Shown here piece by piece: positions 1 through 10,368 of a DNA stretch of 64,000 nt. The stretch is taken from NCBI GenBank assembly GCA_963742735.1, contig CAVUMN010000003.1, forward strand, positions 512,001 to 576,000, written 5' to 3'. The position numbers and the translations under genes were made by a program. Within the stretch, counting starts at the first letter, position 1. Each line of letters begins with the position of its first letter. The notes under the pieces are model-generated. The model was not told the origin of the DNA, did not search any database, and was given only the letters and a program-made list of their open reading frames with translations. The DNA comes from an uncultured Actinomycetes bacterium. Its GTDB lineage: Bacteria > Actinomycetota > UBA4738 > JBBDTT01.

Positions 1-2
1 TG

Positions 3-1544
3 GAGCTGCTCCGTCAGGACTTCGAGGTCGACGTCCGCACCGAGCTGGCCTTTGACGGCCTGCCCGCCGAGGTCGGCGCCTACGACGCGCTGATCGTCCG
101 CTCGCAGACCCAGGTCACCGCCGAGGTCGTCGAGCGCGCGGAGAACCTGAAGGTCATCGCCCGCGCCGGCATCGGGCTCGACAACGTGGACGTCGAGGCC
201 GCGACCCGCCGCGGGATCATGGTGGTGAACGCGCCGCAGTCGAACATCGTGTCCGCGGCCGAGCACACCATCGCCCTGATGCTCGCGCAGGCCCGGAACA
301 TCCCCCAGGCGAATGCCGCCCTGAAGGCCGGGACCTGGGCCCGCGACCGGTTCCAGGGGATGGAGCTCGCGGGCAAGACCCTGGGGATCGTCGGGCTCGG
401 ACGCGTGGGGGCGATGGTCGCGCAACGTGCGCTGGCGTTCGGGATGCGCCTCATCGCGTTCGATCCCTACATCTCCAAGGACCGGGCGCGGCAGATGGGC
501 GTGGAGCTCATGCCGAACCTGGAGGCGATGCTGGTGCAGTCCGACGTCGTGACGATCCACCTGCCGAAGAACCCGGAGACGACGGCCCTGATCGGCGAGC
601 CGCAGCTCGCGCTCATGAAGGAGGGCGCGCGGATCATCAACACCGCGCGCGGAGGGATCGTCGACGAGGATGCCCTGGCGAAGTCGATCAAGGACGGTCA
701 CCTCGGCGGCGCGGCCCTCGACGTGTTCGTCACCGAGCCGACCACCGAACATGCGCTGTTCGACTTCGACAGCGTGGTCGTGACCCCGCACCTGGGCGCC
801 TCGACCGCCGAGGCGCAGGACAAGGCGGGGACGGCGATCGCGGAGATGGTGGCCCTGGCGCTGAAGGGCGAGTTCGTCCCGTACGCGGTCAACGTCTCGG
901 CGGCGGCGGAGGTTCCCGAGCAGGTCCGCCCGTTCATGGGCCTGGCCGAGCGCCTCGGCGCGATCCTCACCGGGCTGGCAGAGGGGCCGATGCGTTCGTT
1001 CGAGGCGGAGTACCTGGGGCGGATCGCCGAGCACGACACCCGGGTCTTGACCCTGGCCGCGCTGAAGGGATCGCTGGCCGGCGTGGTCCACGAGCCGGTG
1101 AGCTTCGTCAACGCCCCGGTCATCGCGCGCGAACGGGGGCTCGCGGTGAGCGAGAAGAAGTCGGCCGTGAGTCGCGACTACGTGAACCTGGTGACGCTGC
1201 GCGCCGACACCGAGGCCGGCGAGGTCACGGTGGCGGGGACCCTGGTCGGCAAGCGCGACGCGGAGCGGCTCACGATGGTGCACGGCTTCGACGTCGACAT
1301 GGCGCCGGCCACGTACATGGCGTTCTTCCTCTACGAGGACCGGCCCGGCGTGATCGGGACGGTCGGTTCCTTGCTCGGCGACGCCGGCGTGAACATCGCC
1401 AGCATGGAGGTCTCCCGCAAGGAGCAGGGCGGACGGGCGCTGATGGGCCTCACCGTCGACAGCCCGATCCCCGACGACATCCTGGGTCGCATCGTGGACC
1501 AGGTCGGCATGGACGGCGCCCGTCCGATCGTCCTGCCCGGCTAG
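3..1544 (+). CDS. serA: D-3-phosphoglycerate dehydrogenase (5' end outside window)
   Basis: Frame open from base 3 (ELLRQDFEVD...IARAGIGLDNVD); GLGRVG Rossmann motif, INTARG, TPHLGAST, C-terminal ASB and ACT domains (DRPGVIG). Confidence 0.95.
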   Translation, partial: ELLRQDFEVDVRTELAFDGLPAEVGAYDALIVRSQTQVTAEVVERAENLKVIARAGIGLDNVDVEAATRRGIMVVNAPQSNIVSAAEHTIALMLAQARNIPQANAALKAGTWARDRFQGMELAGKTLGIVGLGRVGAMVAQRALAFGMRLIAFDPYISKDRARQMGVELMPNLEAMLVQSDVVTIHLPKNPETTALIGEPQLALMKEGARIINTARGGIVDEDALAKSIKDGHLGGAALDVFVTEPTTEHALFDFDSVVVTPHLGASTAEAQDKAGTAIAEMVALALKGEFVPYAVNVSAAAEVPEQVRPFMGLAERLGAILTGLAEGPMRSFEAEYLGRIAEHDTRVLTLAALKGSLAGVVHEPVSFVNAPVIARERGLAVSEKKSAVSRDYVNLVTLRADTEAGEVTVAGTLVGKRDAERLTMVHGFDVDMAPATYMAFFLYEDRPGVIGTVGSLLGDAGVNIASMEVSRKEQGGRALMGLTVDSPIPDDILGRIVDQVGMDGARPIVLPG

Positions 1545-1555
1545 GGGAGCCGGGC

Positions 1556-2041
1556 TCAGCGCACCGCCTTCTTCACGAGCGCGGCGATGGCCGTCTCGTC
1601 GGCTGCGGTCAGCTTCGTCAGCGCGAAGCTGGTCGGCCACATTGAGCCCTGGTCGAGCTTCGCCGCGTCGTTGAAGCCGAACGTCGCATACCGCGCGTTG
1701 AACTTCGTCGCGCTCTGGAAGAAACAGACGACCTGGCCGTCCCTGGCGTAGGCGGGCATCCCGTACCAGGTCTTCGGCATGAGGTCCGGCGCGGTGGCCG
1801 TGACGATCTCGTGGATCCGCGTGCCCATGGATCGATCCGGCTGCGGCATCTCGGCGATCTTCTCGAGCAGGTCCTTCTCCCCGGCCGCCCGGTCCGCGCC
1901 GCGGCGCTCTTCCGCCTTCATCTCTCGGGCGCGCTCCTTCATCGCGGCGCGTTCCTCGGCCGTGAACCCCTTGGCGGACGTCTCGCGGCCCGCCAGCTTC
2001 GTCGCCGTGGGCTTCTTCGTGGCCGCCTTCTTTGCGCTCAT
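1556..2041 (-). CDS. DUF1801/YdhG-like protein
   Basis: MSAKK...[14 protein letters not shown]...[11 protein letters not shown]...CFFQ; GAAGGAGG SD before ATG at 2041. Confidence 0.8.
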   Translation of the reverse strand: MSAKKAATKKPTATKLAGRETSAKGFTAEERAAMKERAREMKAEERRGADRAAGEKDLLEKIAEMPQPDRSMGTRIHEIVTATAPDLMPKTWYGMPAYARDGQVVCFFQSATKFNARYATFGFNDAAKLDQGSMWPTSFALTKLTAADETAIAALVKKAVR

Positions 2042-2069
2042 CGTTCCCTCCTTCGGTGTCGTCACGGTC

Positions 2070-2117
2070 ATGCTAGGCGGCGGCTCGGCGCCGGCGCTTC
2101 TCGATTCCTGATCGGTC
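2070..2117 (-). promoter_or_regulatory. Operator-like 28-bp repeat, copy 1, plus -10 box TAGCAT upstream of the DUF1801 gene
   Basis: 2090-2117 is identical to 3785-3812; TAGCAT at 2070-2075 on the minus strand. Confidence 0.65.
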
Positions 2118-3347
2118 TGGTCCGCCGTTCCTGCGCCGGGCCAGCAGCAGGACGCACGCGGCGGCGCCGAGCGCCACGGTGGCGAGTCCCGAGCCGGCCA
2201 GCGTCCCTCGCGGGCCAAGCGCGGTGGTGAGCGGTCCGCCGAGCGCGGTGCCGAGCGGCGAGGCGGTGAGCAGCACCGCGCTGCGGGCCGCGAGCATCGA
2301 GGCCAGGTGCCGCGGAGGCGACGTCGTCTGCATGAGCGTCACCGAGAGCGCCACGAACGGTCCGTAGATCGCCCCGCCGAGGGTGAAGCACGCCACGGTC
2401 ACGGCCGTCGGCGCGTCGAACCCGAACGGCAGCAGGGCGAGCCCCCAGGCGACGACGATGCCGACCGTCACCGGCCAGAGCGGCAGCCGCCGCAGCGCGC
2501 CGACCGCGAGCCCGCCGAGCACCGCGCCGACTCCGAACAGCGTCCAGTAGAGGCCGAGCAGCGTGCCCGGCGCGCGCAGGTCGTCCGTCACGTGAAGGGG
2601 CAGGGCGACCTCGACCGGGCCGTAGAGGAAGTTGAAGAACCAGGTGAGCGCCAGCAGCCCGAGCAGCTCGGGATGGGTCCGCATCAACGCGAGCCCGCCG
2701 CGTGCGGCGGCCTGGTCGACCGGGTCGACGTGCCCCGATTCCGGCAGCCGGGTGCGCGCGACGAGCACGGCGAGGAACACGTAGGTGAGCGCGTCCACGC
2801 CGAGCACCAGCGCGGAGCTGACGAACGTAACCAGGACGCCGGCGATCGCGGGCCCGGCGATCATGGCGGCGTAGCCGAGCGAGCTGACGATGGTGTTCGC
2901 GGCGAGCCGCTGCTCGTCGGGCAGGAGCTCGGCCAGCAGGGTGTACTTGCCCGCGGTGCCCCACGCGTGCAGGAGCGACGAGATCCCCAGCAGCACGACG
3001 TACAGCGGCAGCGTCAGGAATCCCGCGAGCCAGGCGAGGGGCACGGCGCCGAGAACCAGGCCGCGCAGGACGTTGTCGGCGAGCAGGAGCCGCCGAGCCG
3101 GCACCCGGCGCAGACGCCGGCCGAACACCAGCGCGCCGGCGACGCCCGGCAGCGTGTACGCGGCCACCGCGCCGCCGACCCACAGCCCCACGGTGGCCGG
3201 CGGCGCGAGCTCGATGGCGAGCCACGCCACGGCGACGAAGCTCATCCCGTCGCCGAGATACGAGACCCCGAAGCCGAGGATCAGCCGCCGGAACACCCGG
3301 TTGGACAGGACCGGCCGGTAGGCGGAGGGAACGAGGCGCCGGAGCAG
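2073..3347 (-). CDS. MFS transporter (start uncertain: CTG 3347 or GTG 3296)
   Basis: About 12 hydrophobic segments; [18 protein letters not shown]-terminal MFS pattern; frame open up to the stop of the VOC gene. Confidence 0.85.
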   Translation of the reverse strand: MLRRLVPSAYRPVLSNRVFRRLILGFGVSYLGDGMSFVAVAWLAIELAPPATVGLWVGGAVAAYTLPGVAGALVFGRRLRRVPARRLLLADNVLRGLVLGAVPLAWLAGFLTLPLYVVLLGISSLLHAWGTAGKYTLLAELLPDEQRLAANTIVSSLGYAAMIAGPAIAGVLVTFVSSALVLGVDALTYVFLAVLVARTRLPESGHVDPVDQAAARGGLALMRTHPELLGLLALTWFFNFLYGPVEVALPLHVTDDLRAPGTLLGLYWTLFGVGAVLGGLAVGALRRLPLWPVTVGIVVAWGLALLPFGFDAPTAVTVACFTLGGAIYGPFVALSVTLMQTTSPPRHLASMLAARSAVLLTASPLGTALGGPLTTALGPRGTLAGSGLATVALGAAACVLLLARRRNGGPDRSGIEKRRRRAAA

Positions 3348-3758
<411 letters not shown>

Positions 3759-3768
3759 GCCGTCAACC

Positions 3769-4212
<444 letters not shown>

Positions 4213-4245
4213 CTGCGGGATCGTGCCACGTCCCGCCGGAGGTGC

Positions 4246-4452
4246 CTAGGCAACCAGTCGACGAAGCTCGCTGCCCTCATCGGGACGGCTGACGTCCTGC
4301 AGGCCGACGAGTCCGAGGGCACTGAGGGCCTGGAGCCAGGCTCGCGTGGCCCCGTCGGCGACGATCACGTCAGCGAGCGGAACGGCCCGGCCGGAGGCGT
4401 GCAACTCCTCGGCGGCACGGCGGGCCTGTCGTAGCCATCGCTGAGTTTCCAT
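4246..4452 (-). CDS. Small hypothetical protein (possible PIN-domain-like fragment)
   Basis: 68-aa ORF filling an intergenic gap, AGGA before ATG; GRAVPLADVIVA weakly resembles a VapC helix. Confidence 0.3.
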   Translation of the reverse strand: METQRWLRQARRAAEELHASGRAVPLADVIVADGATRAWLQALSALGLVGLQDVSRPDEGSELRRLVA

Positions 4453-4503
4453 GGATGAGTCCTGCCCGCTGGGGGGCGCGCGGAAACGCCGGTGCCGAAA
4501 GGA

Positions 4504-5466
4504 TCAACAGGGCGGTCGCTGCGAGCCCGCCGCCGTTGCCTGCATCGCCATTGGCTCCTGCTCGGGTTCGGCGGGCCCGCGCTTGCGCCGGTGCCCGCTG
4601 AGCGCGCCCACGTAGGTCCCCGCGAGCACCAGGAAGGCGCTGATCCCGAACCGGATCGTGACGCGCTCGTCCAACAGCGCCGCGGAGAGCGTCACCGCGA
4701 CGATCGGCATGAGCACGAACAAGTAGGACATCCCACTGGCCGTCCACCGGTTCAGCGCGAAGACGTACAGGATGAACAGACCCACTGTCCCGAGCGTCGC
4801 GAGATAGATCATCGACGTCCATGTGGCGGTCTTCGAGGGGAGGGCGAAGGACTCGCCGGCGATCACGGAGAGCGCCACGAGCAGCACCGCGCCGATCCCG
4901 ATGGCGACCGCATTCGTCGTCACCGGGTGCGTCCCGGGGAACCGCTTGAGAACGATCCCGGCTTCCGCGCCGCACGCCGTTCCCGCGAGCAGCGCGAACA
5001 CCGACGGAAGGTGGATCGAGCCGTCCCCCGCGCCGCCGGCCAGGATGGCGATCCCCGCGACGGCGATCACGGCGCCGATCAGTCCACGCCAACGGAAGGG
5101 TTCCAGCCGTTGCACCACGGCGAAGAAGAACGTCAGCAGGGGGACCGTCGCCCCGAGGATCGCGGCGATCCCCGCCGGGAGCCGCTGGATCGCGTAGTAG
5201 GTGAGGGCGTAGAACGCGGTGAAGGACAGGACGCCGTACAGCGCGGCCCCGATCAGCGCACGGCCGCGAGGCAGGGGGAGCCGGCGCACGGCGACGATGA
5301 CGAACAGGAGCAGCGCCGCGACCAGAAACCGGCTGCCGGCGCCCCAGAACGGGTCGAGGTCCTTGACGGTGAACTTGGCCGCCACGAAGTTCGTGCCGCC
5401 CATCAATGCGACCGTCCCGAAGGCGATGAGGGTCAGGCGATCCGGGAGCGGAGCCTCGTCGGCCAT
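4504..5466 (-). CDS. EamA/DMT family transporter
   Basis: Ten TM segments in two EamA-like repeats (GTNFVAAK...; LLDERVT). Confidence 0.88.
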   Translation of the reverse strand: MADEAPLPDRLTLIAFGTVALMGGTNFVAAKFTVKDLDPFWGAGSRFLVAALLLFVIVAVRRLPLPRGRALIGAALYGVLSFTAFYALTYYAIQRLPAGIAAILGATVPLLTFFFAVVQRLEPFRWRGLIGAVIAVAGIAILAGGAGDGSIHLPSVFALLAGTACGAEAGIVLKRFPGTHPVTTNAVAIGIGAVLLVALSVIAGESFALPSKTATWTSMIYLATLGTVGLFILYVFALNRWTASGMSYLFVLMPIVAVTLSAALLDERVTIRFGISAFLVLAGTYVGALSGHRRKRGPAEPEQEPMAMQATAAGSQRPPC

Positions 5467-5549
5467 GGTCGGCACGATACCGTTTCGCCAACCGGGAGGG
5501 GACAGGCCGTCCTGTATCCTTCTGCCACCACGCGCCAGGAGGTGACGGC

Positions 5550-6473
5550 ATGCCGGTCGAGCCGGTCGACAAGGTCTGGATGGACGGGAAGCTCGTCGAC
5601 TGGGACCAGGCGCGGGTACACGTTCTGACCCACAGCCTCCACTACGGCTCCGGGGCCTTCGAGGGCATCCGCTGCTACGAGACCAAGAAGGGGCCGGCCG
5701 TCTTCCGCGGGCGCGACCACGTCGGGCGCCTGTTCCGCTCGGCGCAGATTCTGATGATCGACGTCCCGTTCACGCCCGACGAGGTGTGGGAGGGGATCCG
5801 TGAGGTCATCAAGGCGAACGGGCTGAGCTCCTGCTACATCCGCCCCCTGCTGTACCTCGGCTACGGCGAGATGGGGCTGAACCCGTTGACGGCTCCGGTC
5901 AACTTGGCGATCGCGGTCTGGAAGTGGGGCGCGTACCTGGGTGAGGAGGCGCTGGCGAGCGGTTGCCGCGTGAAGATCTCGTCGTGGAAGCGGCACGACC
6001 CGAACATCATCCCGGCTTCGGCGAAGGGCATCGGCCAGTACATCAACTCGAGCCTGGCCAAGGTCGAGGCGGTCAAGGCCGGCTACGACGAGGCGATCAT
6101 GCTCAGCCACCACGGGTTCGTGGCCGAGGGCAGCGGCGAGAACGTGTTCGTCGTGAAGGACGGAGTCATCCTCACGCCGCCGCTGGAGTCCGGCATCCTC
6201 GAGGGCTTCACCCGCGACAGCGCGATCCAGATCGCGCGCGACCGCGGGTACGAGGTGATCGAGCGGAACCTGCTCCGCTCGGATCTGTACACCTGCGACG
6301 AGGCGTTCTTCACCGGGACCGCGGCGGAGATCACCCCCATCCGCGAGGTGGACGACCGCGCGGTGGGCGCCGCCGGGCGGGGGCCGATCACGAAGGACAT
6401 CCAGGAGACGTTCTTCGGCGCGGTGCGCGGGGAGATCCACGAGTACGAGCGCTGGCTCGACCTGGTCGGCTAG
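5550..6473 (+). CDS. ilvE: Branched-chain amino acid aminotransferase
   Basis: LHYGSGAFEGIR, YIRP, AEGSGENVF, ILEGFTRDS, GTAAEITP; AGGAGG SD. Confidence 0.95.
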   Translation: MPVEPVDKVWMDGKLVDWDQARVHVLTHSLHYGSGAFEGIRCYETKKGPAVFRGRDHVGRLFRSAQILMIDVPFTPDEVWEGIREVIKANGLSSCYIRPLLYLGYGEMGLNPLTAPVNLAIAVWKWGAYLGEEALASGCRVKISSWKRHDPNIIPASAKGIGQYINSSLAKVEAVKAGYDEAIMLSHHGFVAEGSGENVFVVKDGVILTPPLESGILEGFTRDSAIQIARDRGYEVIERNLLRSDLYTCDEAFFTGTAAEITPIREVDDRAVGAAGRGPITKDIQETFFGAVRGEIHEYERWLDLVG

Positions 6474-6490
6474 CGCGCCCCGGCGTTCAC

Positions 6491-8686
6491 CTAGTAGTGC
6501 CGGACGCAGTCCGTCTCGCTCGTCTGGTCGCAGATCGCCGGCTCGACCTCCATGTGGATGACGGCGGCGTTGCGCCAGGCGTGCCACTCCTCGCACGCCG
6601 CCCCGCCCTCGGGTGAGGTGGCCGGGTCCAGGCCGAGCATCTCCCACACGGTGCAGGCGTAGGCCGGCGCGAGCATCGACCCGGCCGAGTTCGTCTCCTG
6701 GTAGTGGGAGCGGAAGTGGGCCTCGGGGAACGCGAGGTCGGGCGGGAGCTCCGAACAGGGATCGATCGCCTCGTCCAGGCCGATGACCCCATGGAGCGCG
6801 CCCAGTCCCACGCCGTGCGCCGGCGGCGCCGCAAACCAGGAGAAGTCGTAGCCCGGGACGATGTAGCCGAGCAGGTCCGGCGTGTAGCCGAGCAAGAAGA
6901 CGCGCGGCGTCTTGAACTTCCGCGCCGCGGCCAGGCGTACCCCGGGCTCGAACGGGCGGCCCGTATGCGCGCCCGGCTCGCCCTCGTACGAGAACGGCCG
7001 GCGGGCACAGGCGAGCGCCGCCGGGTTCGGTCGTGCGTAGTCGAAGTGGTTCTTGCGTCCGGTGGCCAGCCCGCGGTGGTGGTCGCGCAGGCCCCAGAAC
7101 AGCTCGGGGGCGAGCTCGCCCGGCGCGGTGACGAACGAGGCGCGTCCCAGCCGCCACGCGAAGAGCTCCGTCCGGGCGTCGACGCCGCCCAGGCCGCCGC
7201 GGAAGATGCCGGCGGCGGCCAGAGCCTCCTGCGCCACGTTCATCCCCGCGATGTAGGCCGGCTTGTCGATGACGCCGGCGAGCGAGAGCGCCGTCAGGCC
7301 CTGGTTGTTCACCGGGACGAAGAGCACCCGGTGGGTGAAGTCCGCGATCGAGGTCGCCGAGCGGTCGACGGGAACGCCTCGGAGGGCGGCGACGGCCGCG
7401 TTGCCGAACACCCGGCCGATCGCGTAGGTGCGCCGCCGCGGGCCGAGTGGGTCCGCCTCCATCCGCTGGAACACGAGGGGCTCTCCGCCCTCGTCGACGG
7501 GAAAGCGCTGGCCGTCGAACCGATCCCGCTGCCAGCGCCGCAGGCACGAGTCGCCGATGATCTCCACCACGCCCTGGGCGCCGTTCATGAACAGGGCGAT
7601 CCCTCCGAACGCCGCCTCCACGGTCAGCCGGGTGCTGTTCGCGTAGTCGGAGGAGACGTAGTAGTTGTCGTCCTCGAGGGACTCCACGTGGGTCCCCCAG
7701 TTGACGATGGTGGCGATGGTCCGTCCCCGTGTGTCCCGGAACTGGGCGGTCCGCATCTCGTCGTCGAAGATCCACGGCGTCCGGCAGCTGTTGCGGGTCT
7801 GCATGCCGGCGAGGTCCTCCAGGTTGCCGGCGAGCGTCCGGAACTTCTTGCCCGGCAGGATCGAGCCGTGGCGGAACGTGGCCGGCCGCGCCACGCGGGC
7901 CGCGTCGACCAGGGCCAGTGCGATCTTGACCTCGACGTACCGCTCGTACTTCGGGTACGTCCCATCGATGGGGGTGTCCGGACCCCACAGCCCGACCATG
8001 TCCGGCGCCTCGTGGTTGTGCGTGTGCGAGACGATCAGGTGGTCGAGCTCCAGGCCGGGGTCCATGGCGCGGGCCAGACCCAGGATGCGCTCGTTCCAGT
8101 CGCTGAAGTAGCCGATGAAGTCGATCGTCACGTGGGCGTAGGCGAAGCCCGAGGCCCGGTCGCGGACGTACAGCGCCCGCGCCCACAGCGGATCGAACGC
8201 CCCGATCGCCGCCCTCCCCGAGCCGAACCCGGCGAGATAGACCCCGTCCCATTTCCCGGCGGAGTCCGGGTCGATCCGCGTGTTGACCGGGTCGTCGACG
8301 TGCGGCTCGCCCAGGTCGTACCGGCCGTTCCCGTTCTGGTCCGTGAACGCCTCGCCCCACACGCCGGTTGGAAGGATCTGACCGGAGCTCGAGAACCCCA
8401 GCTCCGGCTCGACGGTGTCCCACAGGCCGCCGGGCTCGCCGTCGGGGTTCGAAGCGCCGCGGCCGGACAGGGGGCTCACCGCGTCGGTGACGCCGGGGAT
8501 CACCGAGAACGGCGTGATGTTGTGCTTCGCGGCTCCGGCCACCAGGCCTCGGGTCTGGGCCCGGACGACCGGCGGGCTGGCCAGGCCGGCGTCCGGAAGC
8601 AGCGCCGCCACCAGGGTTGCCAGCGCGGCCAGCGTCAGGGCGCGACGACGTGTCACATGCTGGGACTTCGGCCGCGGGGCCCTCAT
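6491..8686 (-). CDS. Secreted neutral/alkaline-ceramidase-like metallo-hydrolase
   Basis: ATG at 8686 overlaps the upstream stop; RRR plus hydrophobic signal peptide; DPLWARAL, SHTHNHEAPD, NWGTHVE, PGELAPE, HYQETNS motifs; DQNGNGRYD Ca-binding-like insert. Confidence 0.6.
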   Translation of the reverse strand: MRAPRPKSQHVTRRRALTLAALATLVAALLPDAGLASPPVVRAQTRGLVAGAAKHNITPFSVIPGVTDAVSPLSGRGASNPDGEPGGLWDTVEPELGFSSSGQILPTGVWGEAFTDQNGNGRYDLGEPHVDDPVNTRIDPDSAGKWDGVYLAGFGSGRAAIGAFDPLWARALYVRDRASGFAYAHVTIDFIGYFSDWNERILGLARAMDPGLELDHLIVSHTHNHEAPDMVGLWGPDTPIDGTYPKYERYVEVKIALALVDAARVARPATFRHGSILPGKKFRTLAGNLEDLAGMQTRNSCRTPWIFDDEMRTAQFRDTRGRTIATIVNWGTHVESLEDDNYYVSSDYANSTRLTVEAAFGGIALFMNGAQGVVEIIGDSCLRRWQRDRFDGQRFPVDEGGEPLVFQRMEADPLGPRRRTYAIGRVFGNAAVAALRGVPVDRSATSIADFTHRVLFVPVNNQGLTALSLAGVIDKPAYIAGMNVAQEALAAAGIFRGGLGGVDARTELFAWRLGRASFVTAPGELAPELFWGLRDHHRGLATGRKNHFDYARPNPAALACARRPFSYEGEPGAHTGRPFEPGVRLAAARKFKTPRVFLLGYTPDLLGYIVPGYDFSWFAAPPAHGVGLGALHGVIGLDEAIDPCSELPPDLAFPEAHFRSHYQETNSAGSMLAPAYACTVWEMLGLDPATSPEGGAACEEWHAWRNAAVIHMEVEPAICDQTSETDCVRHY

Positions 8687-9570
8687 TCCCTGCCGAGCAC
8701 GCGCTCCAGGACCTCGCCCGCCACCCGTTCGGGCGCCTCCAGGGTGGGCCAGTGCCCGACGTCGGGCCAGGTGAGGACCTCGGTGGCCGGGCGGAGCTCC
8801 CCGAGGCGCCGGGTCATGGCCACCACGGCGATGGGGTCCTGTTCGCCCCACAGGAGCGTCATCGGCCCGGGGTACTCGACGAGCCCGGCGGTCCACCGCT
8901 CCTGGTTCGCCCGACGCTCCTCGATGTAGCGGATGAGCCGGGGGAGGAGGCGGGCGCCGTCGGAGCGGCGGACCATCTCGACGATCCCGTCCAGGTCCTC
9001 CTCCGACGCCGGGAAGTCGGCGCCGAAGGTAGCGGCGAGTCCGGGCCGGAACATCTCCATCGGGGGCTCCTCGGGAAGGATCTCGTCGGGCATCGAGAGC
9101 AGGGCGAGCTGGCCGGGTGACAGTTGGGCGAGGTCGATGAAGATCGAGCCGTTGAGCAGGATGGCGCGTTCGGGCTCGAACCGCAGCCCGCCCTCCACCG
9201 ATCGCATGAGCAGCTCCGCGCACACGGTGTCGCCCATGTCGTGGGCCACGAGCGTGCACCGCTCGATGCCGAGCGTCGCGATCAGGCCTTCGGCCACGTC
9301 GGCCTGCTCGAACAGGGAGTACCGCGCGTCCGGCGGTTTGCCGGAGAGTCCGTAGCCGGGGAAGTCGAAGGCCACCACCCGGGCGTGCTCGGCGAGTGCC
9401 GGCACGACCGAGCGCCAGTCGAACGACGACGAGGGGAACCCGTGGAGGAACACGATCGCCGGCCCGCCGGACTCCCGTCCGGCCTCGACGACGAAGAGGC
9501 GTTGCCCGCCGGCCTCGGCGAGGCGACCCCTCCGCTCCCAGTCGGTGATGGCCTCGTCGGCAGCGCTCAC
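8683..9570 (-). CDS. Alpha/beta hydrolase (epoxide hydrolase/MEST-like)
   Basis: LHGFPSSSFDW, AHDMG nucleophile elbow, WGEQDP, VGHWP; leaderless TACGAT-N6-GTG. Confidence 0.9.
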   Translation of the reverse strand: MSAADEAITDWERRGRLAEAGGQRLFVVEAGRESGGPAIVFLHGFPSSSFDWRSVVPALAEHARVVAFDFPGYGLSGKPPDARYSLFEQADVAEGLIATLGIERCTLVAHDMGDTVCAELLMRSVEGGLRFEPERAILLNGSIFIDLAQLSPGQLALLSMPDEILPEEPPMEMFRPGLAATFGADFPASEEDLDGIVEMVRRSDGARLLPRLIRYIEERRANQERWTAGLVEYPGPMTLLWGEQDPIAVVAMTRRLGELRPATEVLTWPDVGHWPTLEAPERVAGEVLERVLGRE

Positions 9571-9603
9571 GGGCGAATCGTAGCCGCCCGGTATCCTCGA
9601 ACG

Positions 9604-10368
9604 ATGCGGCTGGTGCGGTTCCGGCACGGGGACACGATCGCGAACGGGTTCGCGGAGGACGAGCACGTCCATCCGCTCCGGGGAACCTTCTTCGAGGACC
9701 CCTTGCCGACCGGCGAGCAGATCCCGCTCGACGAGGTGCGCCTGCTCGCGCCGGTGCTGCCCTCCAAGGTGCTCGCGGTCGGCAAGAACTACGCCGAGCA
9801 CGCCGAGGAGTTCGGCGGCGACGTACCCGAGGAGCCGTTGCTGTTCATGAAGCCCTCAACGGCCGTGATCGGTCACCGCGACCCCATCCCGCTTCCGCCG
9901 CTGTCCGAGCGCGTGGACCACGAGGGGGAGCTCGCCGTGGTCATCGGGCGGTTCGCGCGCCACGTGACGATCGAGGAGGCGCGCAAGTACGTGCTCGGCT
10001 ACACGTGCGCGAACGACGTGACCGCCCGCGACCTGCAGGCGCGCGACGGCCAGTGGACTCGGGCCAAGGGATTCGACGGGTTCTGCCCGCTGGGGCCGTG
10101 GATCGAGACCGAGACCGACCCGATGGACCTGGCGATCGAGTGCCGCGTCAACGGCGACGTTCGGCAGAACGCGCGGACGTCCCAGCTCGCGTTCGGACCC
10201 GCCGAGCTCATCGCCTACATCACGGCGGTGATGACGCTGCTCCCGGGCGACGTGATCCTGACCGGCACGCCGGCCGGCGTGGGACCGCTGGCGCCGGGCG
10301 ACGTCGTCGAGGTCGAGATCGAGACGATCGGGACCCTCGAGAACACCGCGGTGGCGGCCGATGGCTGA
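9604..10368 (+). CDS. Fumarylacetoacetate hydrolase family protein
   Basis: GKNYAEHA, DHEGELAVVIG, NDVTARD, TGTPAGVG; usual position before gltX. Confidence 0.92.
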   Translation: MRLVRFRHGDTIANGFAEDEHVHPLRGTFFEDPLPTGEQIPLDEVRLLAPVLPSKVLAVGKNYAEHAEEFGGDVPEEPLLFMKPSTAVIGHRDPIPLPPLSERVDHEGELAVVIGRFARHVTIEEARKYVLGYTCANDVTARDLQARDGQWTRAKGFDGFCPLGPWIETETDPMDLAIECRVNGDVRQNARTSQLAFGPAELIAYITAVMTLLPGDVILTGTPAGVGPLAPGDVVEVEIETIGTLENTAVAADG

